Assembly (NCBI GenBank): GCA_017608385.1
Contig: JAFCFZ010000001.1
Location: forward strand, 8,734 to 72,733
DNA: 64,000 bases
Direction of reading: 5' to 3'
Source of the DNA: Candidatus Parvarchaeota archaeon
Lineage (GTDB): Archaea; Nanobdellota; Nanobdellia; B33-G15
Shown: one piece after another, positions 54,665 through 64,000 of the stretch
Position numbering within the stretch: the stretch's first letter is position 1
Layout of the letters: each line of letters starts with the position of its first letter
Translations under genes and position numbers: made by a program
Notes under the pieces: model-generated
Told to the model about the DNA's origin: nothing
Databases searched by the model: none
The model's input: the letters and a program-made list of their open reading frames with translations, nothing else

Positions 54665-54883
54665 TTAAAAAGAAAACAATCTGCTAATTCCCGCCAGTAA
54701 CACTCCAATTATAATCATTAGAAGGGGTATTGTTAATCCAAAACCAAGTAAATCGAATATTGGGACTGTCATATCAAATGGTAATGGTATTAAATTCATA
54801 AAAAAGACAACGCCTAACACAGCAATAATAATTCCTAATAACAAAAATTTGGTTCTATTACCCATCATTAGAGCCTTTTTCAT
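54665..54883 (-). CDS. Small two-TM membrane protein, hypothetical
   Basis: This 72-aa protein has two hydrophobic helices. Confidence 0.3.
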   Translation of the reverse strand: MKKALMMGNRTKFLLLGIIIAVLGVVFFMNLIPLPFDMTVPIFDLLGFGLTIPLLMIIIGVLLAGISRLFSF

Positions 54884-55211
54884 TTAGAGACTTAGTTTCC
54901 TTTTCTTTAAATTTATTGTGAAAATCAATATATTTGAAGTAAATTTTTGTGTCAAGATCTTTCATATTTTGGATTACCTCTGCTTTTATTTCGGACGTTT
55001 CAATAACAATTCCTATTGTTCTTACTAAGGAACCTATTTCTAAGTCTTTCAACATTTCATCTGAAGGAACTAAAACAGTTGCTTTTCCTTCTCCATCATC
55101 TAATACAAAATAACCAGAATCATCTTTTTCTACAATAGTTCCAAGAATCGCCATCCTTTCACCAGGAATCATATCTTTGATCCTGCTTGGCTTTGTAACC
55201 TTTCTTTCCAT
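54858..55211 (-). CDS. OB-fold nucleic-acid-binding protein (RPA/SSB-like), putative
   Basis: IKDMIPGERMAILGTIVEKDDSGYFVLDDGEGKATVLVPSD fits an OB-fold ssDNA-binding pattern. It is immediately upstream of PCNA. Confidence 0.35.
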   Translation of the reverse strand: MERKVTKPSRIKDMIPGERMAILGTIVEKDDSGYFVLDDGEGKATVLVPSDEMLKDLEIGSLVRTIGIVIETSEIKAEVIQNMKDLDTKIYFKYIDFHNKFKEKETKSLNEKGSNDG

Positions 55212-55287
55212 AGAAAAAGATTGTTTTTTCTTATTAAAAAATTAGCTGATAGTTATTAATATATAACAAAAAGTATTATGTTAAATA

Positions 55288-56373
55288 ATGAAAATGGTTG
55301 TAAGTTCTTGGATTCCTAGAAGTCATTTACATTTACTAGAAGTAAAAAAATCTTTGGACAAATTAAGTTTGATAATAAGCAATATCTCTCTTGAAGAAGA
55401 ATTGAAATGTTATATAGAGGGTTTTAGAGGTTACAAAAAGATAAAGTTTAGTATGAATCAAAATGGATTATATTCTTTTGTTTTGGAGAGTAAAAAAAGT
55501 TTAGAGGAAATAAGAGATGATATGTTTTATTTGTTTTTGGAGAGAATTGTAAAAAATTCCCACAAAGTTACATATAAACAAATAAAAAGAGATATATTGA
55601 AACCAGGAATAACAGTAACAATTATTTCTCCAAAAAAAGAAATGCCAAAAGAAAGCATTAAAATTGATGAATTTATCTTAAAATACGAAAAAGATTATTC
55701 AAAGAGTGAAATTAATTATATTTCTGGTCCAGAAAAAAAGGCAATATTATTAGCAGAAGACATTAATCTGTTGACTCTACTTTCTAAATCAAATTATGAT
55801 ATGATGGATGAAATGGAATTAGAATACCATAAAGCAGATAATATCTTTAATCTCTTAGGAAGTGAAATAGATCCAAAATCCTTGAAAAAAGTGGTTTTTT
55901 CTTTAGATTTAGTAAAAAAAAGGGCAGGAGAGATTATATCTAAAATAGAACATGGGGGTCAAGTAATCCAAAGGTTAATTAATAATTTTGAAAAAAACAA
56001 GTTTTATGAAAAAATTGAATTGAACAAATGGAGTTATCAAATAAAATCTGATCACAATTATGTTTTGAATCTGTGGGGTCTATTATTGAATTTTTTAAAA
56101 AATATAGATTTTGCAGCTGAAACAAGATTGACTTATCAAGAAATGATCGAATCAAGAAGAATACAGGGACTTTTAAGTATAGACAGTGCGGCAGTGATTT
56201 CTTCTCTTTTTATAGGAATATTCTTTTCAGAATTTGTAGGGGTAGGTGGAATTGTTCTACTCTTTGTTTTCTTAATTACTTGGATGTTTCTTTATAGGTT
56301 TTTTAAGACACTAAAATCGAAAGTTAGTGGTAAAGAATTAAAAGAACTAGGTATTGTAAAAAAGAATAATTAG
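55288..56373 (+). CDS. Hypothetical protein with C-terminal TM helices
   Basis: This 361-aa protein is helical and charged, with two C-terminal hydrophobic helices. No family was recognised. Confidence 0.35.
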   Translation: MKMVVSSWIPRSHLHLLEVKKSLDKLSLIISNISLEEELKCYIEGFRGYKKIKFSMNQNGLYSFVLESKKSLEEIRDDMFYLFLERIVKNSHKVTYKQIKRDILKPGITVTIISPKKEMPKESIKIDEFILKYEKDYSKSEINYISGPEKKAILLAEDINLLTLLSKSNYDMMDEMELEYHKADNIFNLLGSEIDPKSLKKVVFSLDLVKKRAGEIISKIEHGGQVIQRLINNFEKNKFYEKIELNKWSYQIKSDHNYVLNLWGLLLNFLKNIDFAAETRLTYQEMIESRRIQGLLSIDSAAVISSLFIGIFFSEFVGVGGIVLLFVFLITWMFLYRFFKTLKSKVSGKELKELGIVKKNN

Positions 56374-56693
56374 CTGTATTCTCTCCAGACCTTTTTACAT
56401 TTAGTACATTTATAAAATATAGTTGGTGCCTCATCACCTGCCCTTGTTTGTTCTACCCAAAAATATGCTGATTTATTACCACATTTTCTACATTCTTTAT
56501 CTATTTCAGGAAGTGTAATCTTCTCATCCTCATCTTTTATCAAAACTATCTTTTGTTTTTTTTCGCCCTTTTCAATTATTTTTTTATTGGTGTTAGAATA
56601 TTTATCACACTTTTTACAATAAAAGCTTCTTTTCCCCTTGTGCTCTTTTGGTACTAAAATACACCCACACTTCTGACAAAACATACTTCTCAA
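56370..56693 (-). CDS. tfs: Transcription factor S / RNAP subunit M (TFIIS-type zinc ribbon)
   Basis: An N-terminal Zn ribbon (FCQKCGCIL...YCKKCDK) is followed by the C-terminal TFIIS ribbon CRKCGNKSAYFWVEQTRAGDEAPTIFYKCTKCKKVW with its acidic hairpin. Confidence 0.8.
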   Translation of the reverse strand: MRSMFCQKCGCILVPKEHKGKRSFYCKKCDKYSNTNKKIIEKGEKKQKIVLIKDEDEKITLPEIDKECRKCGNKSAYFWVEQTRAGDEAPTIFYKCTKCKKVWREYS

Positions 56694-56721
56694 TAAGAAA
56701 CAGCCTTTTTTTTAAACCTTT

Positions 56722-57279
56722 CTAAATTCCTAAAAAGTTATGGAGGATTGCTCTAGGGTATCCTAAGATAGGAATAGCAATACCTGCCTTTCCTAAAATT
56801 TGATCATATGTTATATTTATCTCAAAAATACCTATTCCTATATTTGCATCTCCTTTTGTAGTGTAGAAATATATTTCTCCTTGTTTTTCTCTAGCAATAA
56901 CTCTGTGAATTATGGAACTATTTGTATATTTGTAAGGAACATAAATGATTACATCTCCAACATTAATGTCCTCAGGTAAAACTCTTACAACAGTAACAGC
57001 ATCACCTGGGTTTAATCCATTTAGGAATGGAAATTCTGAATAATTTATGCTTCTGGAATCAAGCCAATCAAAATAAGTTGTATTAACATTTTCAGCATGT
57101 ATCATACTTCCACTTAATACTGAAACAACATCCTGCCACCCCATTATTAACAAAAATCCAGGATAAGCAATAAATTTTAGAAGTAAATAAGAGACAATAA
57201 TAAACGCAATATAACTTTGAGGAGACTCATCTTCCCATAAAAATTTCCATATTTTCTTCAAAGTCTTTTTGATGTCCAT
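56722..57279 (-). CDS. Archaeal-type signal peptidase I (S26B)
   Basis: An N-terminal TM helix is followed by VLSGSMIHA, which carries the catalytic Ser, and then a beta-rich catalytic domain. Confidence 0.6.
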   Translation of the reverse strand: MDIKKTLKKIWKFLWEDESPQSYIAFIIVSYLLLKFIAYPGFLLIMGWQDVVSVLSGSMIHAENVNTTYFDWLDSRSINYSEFPFLNGLNPGDAVTVVRVLPEDINVGDVIIYVPYKYTNSSIIHRVIAREKQGEIYFYTTKGDANIGIGIFEINITYDQILGKAGIAIPILGYPRAILHNFLGI

Positions 57280-57309
57280 GCAAATTAAAAAAGGAGAGAT
57301 ATTTTAAGT

Positions 57310-57564
57310 TTATTTGATTTCCAATTCTTTCCATTCTTTACCTAATGATTTGAGTGCTGAAACCACTGTTTTCTTTGGGTCTCCTTTTGACTTGACAAGA
57401 AGTGCCATTTCATCAATGAGAGGATGATCTTGTTTATAACCAGAGATTAAAACATCCTTATTTTCAGCAAGTTTATGTCTCAACATATTAATCAAAGTGG
57501 TTGTTTCTCCCTTAACACGAACCTTTATTGTTTCCTTGTCTATCTTTTCTATTGAGATTTCCAT
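57310..57564 (-). CDS. rpoL: DNA-directed RNA polymerase subunit L (Rpo11)
   Basis: This 84-aa protein has GETTTLINMLRHKLAENKDVLISGYKQDHPLIDE, which follows the RpoL pattern (E.HTLGN.LR..L..DV.FAGY...HPL). Confidence 0.65.
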   Translation of the reverse strand: MEISIEKIDKETIKVRVKGETTTLINMLRHKLAENKDVLISGYKQDHPLIDEMALLVKSKGDPKKTVVSALKSLGKEWKELEIK

Positions 57565-57595
57565 GAATCTTCCAAAAAAGAATGTATTAAAAAAC

Positions 57596-58267
57596 TTATG
57601 CTTGTCTTAAAGAAATTGAAATTCCTTTGTTAGATATCTTGTATGCAAACAAACCTTGCTTATGTTTTGTTCTTCTCATCTTAACCACTTGAAGGCTTCT
57701 GTCAAAATCTCCCCCCAATCCACCATAGTGTAATACAATAACAGAATCTGATAAAAACTCCTCTACTTGGAACCTTGAATATCCTTTCTCGGCAATAATC
57801 TCTGAAGTCATTATAGCTGTACATCCATTATTCTTCACTGTCTTTCCTAATTCATAAATATTTTTTCTTAATTCATAAATATCTTTTAGATAAAATCCAA
57901 TTCCAGAAATAGAGTCTATAACAATTCTCTTTATTTTGTTTCTTTTCAACAAAAGTGAGAACTCCTGCTTAAATTTATCATATTCAAAAGGAGAAAAATG
58001 AAGTAATTTTATTTTCCCGCTCTTTATGTGTTTTTCCAAGTCCCAACCATATGCGGAAGCATCTCTTATAAGATCCTCAGCTGTTTCTTCAAATGAAACA
58101 TAAAGACCATTTTCACCATCAAGAGCACCTTGTATTAAAAATTGTAGAGAAAATGTGGTTTTTCCAGTACCTGGTCCGCCAGAAAGAAGAATAACACTTC
58201 CTAATTCTAAACCGCCATTAGCTATTTTATCCAAACCAGGAATTCCAGATTTTATTCTTAACCCCAT
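57596..58267 (-). CDS. KaiC-like / RadB-like RecA-superfamily ATPase
   Basis: SGIPGLDKIANGGLELGSVILLSGGPGTGKTTFSLQF and an IVLH... segment are Walker A and B motifs of the KaiC-like family. Confidence 0.7.
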   Translation of the reverse strand: MGLRIKSGIPGLDKIANGGLELGSVILLSGGPGTGKTTFSLQFLIQGALDGENGLYVSFEETAEDLIRDASAYGWDLEKHIKSGKIKLLHFSPFEYDKFKQEFSLLLKRNKIKRIVIDSISGIGFYLKDIYELRKNIYELGKTVKNNGCTAIMTSEIIAEKGYSRFQVEEFLSDSVIVLHYGGLGGDFDRSLQVVKMRRTKHKQGLFAYKISNKGISISLRQA

Positions 58268-59163
58268 TGATTTTTAATATTCTTGAAACATTTAAAAACT
58301 TACTTGATATGGTTTTATTCATGATAAAAACTCCATTTAACTATGGAAAAGAAGTATTTGATAGTCCTAAGTCCGCAGTAGAACAATTTCTCAAAAAAAG
58401 TGGGGGAAGAGACAAAGATTTTATTGATTCAGGTATGAAAATTTTCAAAAATGAGGACAAATTAAGATCTTTTCTTCATGAATTTTATTTGTTAATGACA
58501 AAACAAAGAATTAGAGAATCTTACACTCCAGACATACTTGCCTCTCACTTAATTAATTCTTCAGAAGAAATAGATAAGATAATCAATACCTTTTATGAGA
58601 GAGCTAGTGAAATTTATGGACTTTATAGACCAGAGAAGTTCAAAAAACTAGATATTCAAAAATTAATAAAAAATATTGAAAAGGAAAAAGAAGGAGAAGA
58701 AGGAGATATGGGTTTTTATCTTGATAAAAAAACTCTTATTCTTTTGAAATCATATTCAAAACAGATAAAGGAATTGATAAAATTAAGAGAGGAAATAGTC
58801 AAAAATATTGAAACACTCATGAATTCATTTGCTAAGAATCTAAGTAAAGTATTGGGAGAGATGTTAGCCGCAAAAATTATCTCTATTGCGGGTTCATTAA
58901 AGAACCTAGTAAATATGCCAAGTAGCACTATTCAAGTATTGGGAGCTGAAAAAGCATTATTTAGACATTTAAGAAGTGGAACAAAACCACCAAAACATGG
59001 TGTAATAATTCAACATCCAATTGTTGCAAAAGCAAAGAAACAAGATAAAGGCAGATTTGCAAGGACTGTAGCTTCAAAAGCAGCAATTGCTGCTAAAATA
59101 GATTATTTTGATGGAGAATTCATAGGAGATAAACTTTTGAAAGAGTTGGAGGAAAGAAGATGA
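58267..59163 (+). CDS. nop5: C/D box snoRNP protein Nop5 (Nop56/58)
   Basis: A coiled-coil region is followed by NOSIC and Nop domains (LGEMLAAKIISIAGSLKNLVNMPSSTIQVLGAEKALFRHL...PKHGVIIQHPIV...KGRFARTVASKAAIAAKID). Confidence 0.85.
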   Translation: MIFNILETFKNLLDMVLFMIKTPFNYGKEVFDSPKSAVEQFLKKSGGRDKDFIDSGMKIFKNEDKLRSFLHEFYLLMTKQRIRESYTPDILASHLINSSEEIDKIINTFYERASEIYGLYRPEKFKKLDIQKLIKNIEKEKEGEEGDMGFYLDKKTLILLKSYSKQIKELIKLREEIVKNIETLMNSFAKNLSKVLGEMLAAKIISIAGSLKNLVNMPSSTIQVLGAEKALFRHLRSGTKPPKHGVIIQHPIVAKAKKQDKGRFARTVASKAAIAAKIDYFDGEFIGDKLLKELEERR

Positions 59164-59834
59164 AAAAGACAAGAGTTCAAGGTGTATTTATGCGCGGAAG
59201 AGACTTAGCTACTCTAAATCTTGACAAAGGAAATTCAGTTTACAAAGAAGTGTTAGTAAAAGATGGAAAGAATGAATATAGAATGTGGAACCCTAAAAGA
59301 AGCAAGTTAGGCGCAGCAATTATGAAAAATATAAGGGGAGTGAACATCAAAAAAGGAGATAAAGTTCTTTATTTGGGTGCTGCAAGTGGTACTACACCTA
59401 GTCATGTTTCAGATATTGTTGGTAAAGAAGGCTATGTATTCTGTTTAGAAATGTCTGCTAGGGTTTTGAGAGATCTAGTTTTTGTTGCAGAATCAAGAAA
59501 AAACATGTTTCCTATTTTAGCAGATGCAAGAAGTATTGATTCTTACAAAAATATGGTTCCAGAATGTGATGTAATCTATCAAGATATCGCTTCACCTCAA
59601 CAAACAGACATTTTAATCAGAAATTGTGATGAGTTCCTTAAAGATGGAGGTTATGTTTATTTTGCAGTTAAATCAAGGAGTATAGATGTCACTGCAAATC
59701 CTAATAAAATTTTCCAAGAAGTAGAAAAAAGACTAAAAAGTCATTTTAAGATTATAGATAAAAAAAGGCTTGAACCTTTTAAAAAAGACCATATGTTTTT
59801 TGTTCTTGAAAAGAAAAGAGTTTTAAACAAGTAG
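59160..59834 (+). CDS. flpA: Fibrillarin (rRNA 2'-O-methyltransferase)
   Basis: MWNPKRSKLGAAIM, VLYLGAASGTTPSHVSDIVG and DVIYQDIASPQQ are fibrillarin motifs. It is paired with nop5. Confidence 0.9.
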   Translation: MKKTRVQGVFMRGRDLATLNLDKGNSVYKEVLVKDGKNEYRMWNPKRSKLGAAIMKNIRGVNIKKGDKVLYLGAASGTTPSHVSDIVGKEGYVFCLEMSARVLRDLVFVAESRKNMFPILADARSIDSYKNMVPECDVIYQDIASPQQTDILIRNCDEFLKDGGYVYFAVKSRSIDVTANPNKIFQEVEKRLKSHFKIIDKKRLEPFKKDHMFFVLEKKRVLNK

Positions 59835-59850
59835 ATGTTTTTATAAAAAC

Positions 59851-60063
59851 ATGAAATACCAACAACCTAATGATGTAGAAAAGCTATACATTTTCTCCAT
59901 TGTGGTCCTTGGAATTTGTGGACTTGCACTATTCTATGCAGCAGTTAATTTACCTGTTATAGAGGGTCCATGGCAAACAATTACAGCAGTAATGAGCTGG
60001 ATAAATGTCATGGTTCTATTAGTAGTAGGTGCCCAATTAGAAGGAATCAGAGGAAAAAGATAA
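59851..60063 (+). CDS. Small two-TM membrane protein, hypothetical
   Basis: This 70-aa protein has two hydrophobic helices. Confidence 0.3.
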   Translation: MKYQQPNDVEKLYIFSIVVLGICGLALFYAAVNLPVIEGPWQTITAVMSWINVMVLLVVGAQLEGIRGKR

Positions 60064-60147
60064 ACTTTTTTTTCATTAGTAAATTTTTTAAATCAGTTGT
60101 AGGTGATTAATTTATTCTTATAATATAGGTGGGAGGTGCTATGAGAA

Positions 60148-61767
60148 ATGAATGGAAATCAAAATAAAGCAACACAGCCAATAGTCCTACTTCCAGATAA
60201 TTATTCTAGATTAATTGGAAGAGATGCTCAAAGAACAAATATTATGGCTGCAAGAATTGTTGCTGAAACAGTTAGAACAACTTTAGGCCCTAAAGGAATG
60301 GATAAGATGCTTGTTGATTCTTTAGGAGATATTACAGTTACAAACGACGGTGTGACTATTTTAGAAGAAATGGAAATACAACACCCTGCAGCCAAAATGA
60401 TGGTTGAAATTGCTAAAACTCAAGAAGAAGAAGTTGGAGATGGAACTACTACTGCAGTAGTTATTGCTGGAGAATTACTCAAACAAGCAAATGAATTGCT
60501 TGATCAAGAGATTCATCCTACAATACTTGCAAAAGGATATAGACTAGCATCTGAAAAAGCAGAAGCAACTCTAAAAAAGATGGCAATAAAGGTTGATGAT
60601 AAAAAAAGAGAGTATATGTTAAAAGTTGCAAAAACAGCAATGACAGGAAAGAGTGCAGAAGTTGCAAGAGATAAATTAGCACAGCTCTTGGTTGATGCAA
60701 TTATCCAAATAAGTGATAAAAATGAAGTTGACCTAAACAATGTAAAAATTGAAAAAAGAACTGGTGGAGGAATTGATGATACAGTGCTAATACATGGTAT
60801 TGTCATTGACAAAGAAAGAGTTCATTCAGAAATGCCTTCAAAAATGGGAAATGCTAAAATACTCCTTTTGGATGCTGCTTTAGAAGTGAAGGAAACTGAA
60901 ACAGATGCTCAAATAAGAATAACTTCTCCAGACCAATTACAGGCTTTCTTAGAACAAGAAGAAAAAACACTAAATGACATGGTCAACAAGATTGAGAAAA
61001 GTGGTGCAAATGTTGTTTTCTGTCAAAAGGGAATAGATGATTTTGTTCAACATCTTTTAGCAAAAAAAGGAATTTATGCTGTAAGAAGAGTTAAAAAATC
61101 TGATATGGAAAAGTTGGCAAAAGCAACTGGTGGAAAAATTTCCAATAGTCTCAAATCAATTGATAATGTAGATATTGGGTTTGCAGGAAAAGTTTATGAG
61201 AAAAAATTTGGGGATAATGCCTTAACCTTTGTCACTGATTGTAAAAATCCAAAAGCAGTCACACTCCTAGTAAGGGGAAGTACTGAACATATTTTGGACG
61301 AAATTGAAAGAGCTATTGAGGATGCTCTTGGAGATTTAGGTTCAGTGATAAGAAATGGGACAATTGTTCCGGGTGGAGGAGCTCCTGAAATAGAAGTAGC
61401 TAAAGAATTAGAAGAGTTTTCTCAAGGAATGGCAGGAAGAGAACAATTAGCTGTAAAAGCTTTTGCAAAGTCAATGGAGATTATTCCAAGAACATTAGCT
61501 GAAAATGCAGGTCTTGATCCAATTGATATGATTGTTGAGTTGAAAGCAAGTCATGAATCTGGAAACAAACATCATGGTGTAGATGTTTTCAAAGGAACAA
61601 TTGTTGATATGTTGAAACAAGGAGTAATCGAACCGTTGGAAGTCAAGACTCAAGCAATTAAATCTGCAAGTGAAACAGCTATTCTTATACTAAGGATAGA
61701 TGATGTGATTGCTGCTTCTGGAAAAGAAATGCAAAATCCACAGATGCCTCCTATGGGAGATTACTAA
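60148..61767 (+). CDS. ths: Thermosome subunit (group II chaperonin)
   Basis: It has [30 protein letters not shown] and the group II lid region, over a length of 539 aa. Confidence 0.9.
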   Translation: MNGNQNKATQPIVLLPDNYSRLIGRDAQRTNIMAARIVAETVRTTLGPKGMDKMLVDSLGDITVTNDGVTILEEMEIQHPAAKMMVEIAKTQEEEVGDGTTTAVVIAGELLKQANELLDQEIHPTILAKGYRLASEKAEATLKKMAIKVDDKKREYMLKVAKTAMTGKSAEVARDKLAQLLVDAIIQISDKNEVDLNNVKIEKRTGGGIDDTVLIHGIVIDKERVHSEMPSKMGNAKILLLDAALEVKETETDAQIRITSPDQLQAFLEQEEKTLNDMVNKIEKSGANVVFCQKGIDDFVQHLLAKKGIYAVRRVKKSDMEKLAKATGGKISNSLKSIDNVDIGFAGKVYEKKFGDNALTFVTDCKNPKAVTLLVRGSTEHILDEIERAIEDALGDLGSVIRNGTIVPGGGAPEIEVAKELEEFSQGMAGREQLAVKAFAKSMEIIPRTLAENAGLDPIDMIVELKASHESGNKHHGVDVFKGTIVDMLKQGVIEPLEVKTQAIKSASETAILILRIDDVIAASGKEMQNPQMPPMGDY

Positions 61768-61801
61768 AACTTTTTAATATATCTTCTTCTTTATTTTTAG
61801 C

Positions 61802-62263
61802 ATGCCTAAAAAGAGTTCTAAGTCTAGTCCTTCTAATAATAGGTTAAAATATTTAGAGGACAAGATTGAACAAATCGAGAAGAAAACAAAAATTCTTGAT
61901 CAGTTTGAGTCTGCCATAACCAAATTAGCAGAACAAACAGATAAAATGGTTACAGTCAGTATAAATTTGCAAGCAAAAATGACTGAATTAATGATAAAAA
62001 CAACAGATCTTACTGAAAATGTCGTTGAGATGGTTGATATTCTAAAAGAAGCAGGTGACCTAGAAATGGATTCGGATAAGGAAGGAGGAAAAATTAGTAT
62101 TGAACCTATTGTTACTGAATTGAAAAAGATGCAAGAACAAAATGCTTTAACAATGAAAGAAATGAAGGGTCTTTTAGATTATATGAAAAAGATGTATACT
62201 AAACAATTAATTGGTGAGGCTGTAAGAAGTAACACAGCTGAAAGTGGCGGTTATGTTATCTAA
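61802..62263 (+). CDS. Coiled-coil hypothetical protein upstream of the pilin array
   Basis: This 153-aa protein is heptad-rich (LEDKIEQIEKKTKILDQFESAITKLAEQTDKM...). It overlaps the first pilin gene. Confidence 0.35.
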   Translation: MPKKSSKSSPSNNRLKYLEDKIEQIEKKTKILDQFESAITKLAEQTDKMVTVSINLQAKMTELMIKTTDLTENVVEMVDILKEAGDLEMDSDKEGGKISIEPIVTELKKMQEQNALTMKEMKGLLDYMKKMYTKQLIGEAVRSNTAESGGYVI

Positions 62264-62723
62264 AAAAGGGATTACACCTGTTATAGCAACGGTTTTATTG
62301 TTGATGATGACTGTTTCTGCAGCGGCAGGAGCATATTATTGGATAACAACTGTTCAATCAAGTCTTCAACAAGATGCTCAAGGTGCTATTGCTTCTTCAG
62401 GTATTAGTGGAGGATTTAGAATAAGTATCCTTTCTGGAGGTATTTCTTGTAATGGTACTTCAGATGAAGTAACAGTTTATGTAAAAAATGCAGGCACTCA
62501 AACCATCCCTGCTGGAACTTGGTATTCTTTCTTAAAAAATACCCAAAACATTGGAGTGGGAACCTGGTCTAGTTCTGAATCTGCTTTTAATTCTGGAAAC
62601 ACTTTAACAATAACCTTTGCACTTGATTCTGGGAATGGAATGTCTTCAGGAAACACATATACAATCCAAGTGAGTCCATCAAAGGGTACATCAGCAACAA
62701 CAAGCTGTAGAGCAACAACATAA
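62253..62723 (+). CDS. Type IV pilin-like protein of the KKGITPVIA class III signal family
   Basis: MLSKKGITPVIATVLLLMMTVSAAAGAYYW is an archaeal flagellin/pilin N-terminal-type signal (K-K-G then I-T-P-V-I-A). The 130-aa Ser/Thr/Gly-rich beta domain has two Cys. The start could instead be 62244. Confidence 0.6.
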   Translation: MLSKKGITPVIATVLLLMMTVSAAAGAYYWITTVQSSLQQDAQGAIASSGISGGFRISILSGGISCNGTSDEVTVYVKNAGTQTIPAGTWYSFLKNTQNIGVGTWSSSESAFNSGNTLTITFALDSGNGMSSGNTYTIQVSPSKGTSATTSCRATT

Positions 62724-62759
62724 AAAATCAATTAAATCTATGTATCATAATAACTATTA

Positions 62760-63224
62760 ATGAATAAAAAAGGAATCACTCCTGTGATTTCTATTGTTTT
62801 AATGATTATGATCACAGTTAGTGCTGCTTCTGCTGGTTATTTTTGGATGGGATCTATTCAATCTAATCTCCAAGTAAGTGCTCAAAATGCTATATCTTCC
62901 ACAGGTTTAGGGGGGAATTATCAAATTTCTGCTTTAGCGGGAGGAGTTATTTGTGAATCAGGAGTTGATGGAACAATTCAAGTTTATGTCTCAAATACGG
63001 GATCAAATAATATTGAAATGGGGGATTGGTATATCTTTGTAAAGGATTCAATAAATGCAAATGTTGGAACTTGGACAAATACTACTTTTCTAAATTCGGG
63101 GGAAACAGTTCCCATATTGTTTGAATTTTTGTCTGGCAGTTCTTTGTCAAATAAAACTCAATATGTTATTCAAATTAACTCACCAAAAGGGGGTTCTGCA
63201 ACAACATCTTGTTTACCTAAGTGA
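62760..63224 (+). CDS. Type IV pilin-like protein, paralog 2
   Basis: MNKKGITPVISIVLMIMITVSAASAGYFW has the same architecture and the same two conserved Cys positions (...ICESG..., ...TTSC...). Confidence 0.6.
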   Translation: MNKKGITPVISIVLMIMITVSAASAGYFWMGSIQSNLQVSAQNAISSTGLGGNYQISALAGGVICESGVDGTIQVYVSNTGSNNIEMGDWYIFVKDSINANVGTWTNTTFLNSGETVPILFEFLSGSSLSNKTQYVIQINSPKGGSATTSCLPK

Positions 63225-63260
63225 TAAACTATTTAAACATTCTTGATGTATGTGTTTAAC

Positions 63261-63755
63261 ATGAATAAGAAAGGTATTACACCTGTTATAGCAATTGTTT
63301 TATTGCTCATGATGACAGTTAGTTCTGCAGCAGCTGCTTATTATTGGATGACCACAATTCAGTCCAACCTACAGCAGCAAGCGCAGGGAGCAATATCATC
63401 TGCTGGTTTAGGTGGAGGTTACGGTATCAGTGTTTTATCTGGAAGTACATCTTGTTTGTATAATGGCACAACAGGTACACAAGTAGACGCTTACCTTAGT
63501 GTTACTGGATCCAACCAAATGCCTATTGGAGATTGGTATGCTTTTGTCGTAGACTCTACTGGTGCGAGTGTTGGTACTTGGTCCAAAACAAGTCAAGCAG
63601 CACTATCATCTGGTGTTGCAACAAAAGTTGAATTTACAAATGTATCAATAGTGACTGCAAGTTACAACCTAACTAAAGCAACAGTATATACTGTAACAGT
63701 TAACTCACCAAAGGGTACATCTGCAACAACAAGCTGCACAGGTAGTACGATATAA
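63261..63755 (+). CDS. Type IV pilin-like protein, paralog 3
   Basis: The start is taken at MNKKGITPVIAIVLLLMMTVSSAAAAYYW. It has the same domain and Cys pair. Confidence 0.6.
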   Translation: MNKKGITPVIAIVLLLMMTVSSAAAAYYWMTTIQSNLQQQAQGAISSAGLGGGYGISVLSGSTSCLYNGTTGTQVDAYLSVTGSNQMPIGDWYAFVVDSTGASVGTWSKTSQAALSSGVATKVEFTNVSIVTASYNLTKATVYTVTVNSPKGTSATTSCTGSTI

Positions 63756-63785
63756 ATAAACCTTTATTTTTTGATTTGATTTAAT

Positions 63786-64000
63786 ATGAAAAAAGGACAA
63801 TCCACAGTAGTTAGTAGCGTACTTATTTCTGGTATTATTATCTCTATAATTAGTCTCACTTATGTGTGGGGCAGACCTTTAATTCAGAAGACAGCAGATA
63901 AATCAAACATTGATTCTGCTAAAAATGACCTAATCAATTTAAAGGATATGATTATTGAGGCAGCAAGTACTGGAAGTACTGGGAGATATGAATTAAATTT
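63786..64000 (+). CDS. Pilin-like protein with a KKGQ-type class III signal, partial because the 3' end runs off the window
   Basis: MKKGQSTVVSSVLISGIIISIISLTYVWG has K-K-G then Q followed by a hydrophobic helix (a FlaK/EppA-type site). The ORF is open to the window end. Confidence 0.45.
   Translation, partial: MKKGQSTVVSSVLISGIIISIISLTYVWGRPLIQKTADKSNIDSAKNDLINLKDMIIEAASTGSTGRYELN

Noticed and set aside
1-64000. CRISPR arrays, transposases, integrases, prophage genes
   Set aside because: I scanned intergenic regions and repeats by eye. The only repeats are the intragenic ones at 44.66 kb and 48.0-48.4 kb. There is no spacer-repeat periodicity, no DDE, tyrosine or serine recombinase motifs, and no cas-like genes.

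Overview
This window is an AT-rich (roughly 30% GC by eye), very gene-dense archaeal chromosome segment with many overlapping start/stop codons. My inference is a reduced-genome, DPANN-like archaeon: the PriS and PriL primase domains are fused, eIF6 is missing from an otherwise conserved ribosomal cluster, and the 5S rRNA stands alone. Most of the window is an information-processing core. It holds ribosomal proteins L10e, L15e, L21e, L31e, L39e, L44e, LX, S19e and S27e, the SRP54/FtsY and SecD/SecF pairs, and RNAP subunits F and L with TFS. Repair and replication genes present are RadA, PCNA, a GINS subunit, a Hel308-type helicase, endonuclease III and an EndoQ-like PHP nuclease. Also present are CysRS next to an intron-containing tRNA-Cys(GCA), a thermosome subunit, and Nop5, fibrillarin, Nop10, Alba, RNase Z, TatD and aIF2alpha. 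Interleaved with this core are cell-envelope loci. (i) At the window start, a translationally coupled operon of four class-III-signal-peptide (type IV pilin-like, K[SA]Q...E type) genes sits next to a CGDGxC-repeat surface protein. (ii) At the window end there is a second, different pilin-like family (KKGITPVIA type) in a tandem array. (iii) A secreted and lipobox-protein locus at 43.5-48.6 kb carries a 114-bp perfect direct repeat, an 18-bp tandem repeat, a G8 homopolymer and an apparent +1 frameshift in a T4 run. A glycosyltransferase-LmbE-PAP2 cluster and a GC-rich structured element upstream of SRP54 were also seen. I saw no CRISPR array, transposase, integrase or reverse transcriptase. 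All product calls come from reading motifs in the translations, with no database search, so they are hypotheses of varying strength.
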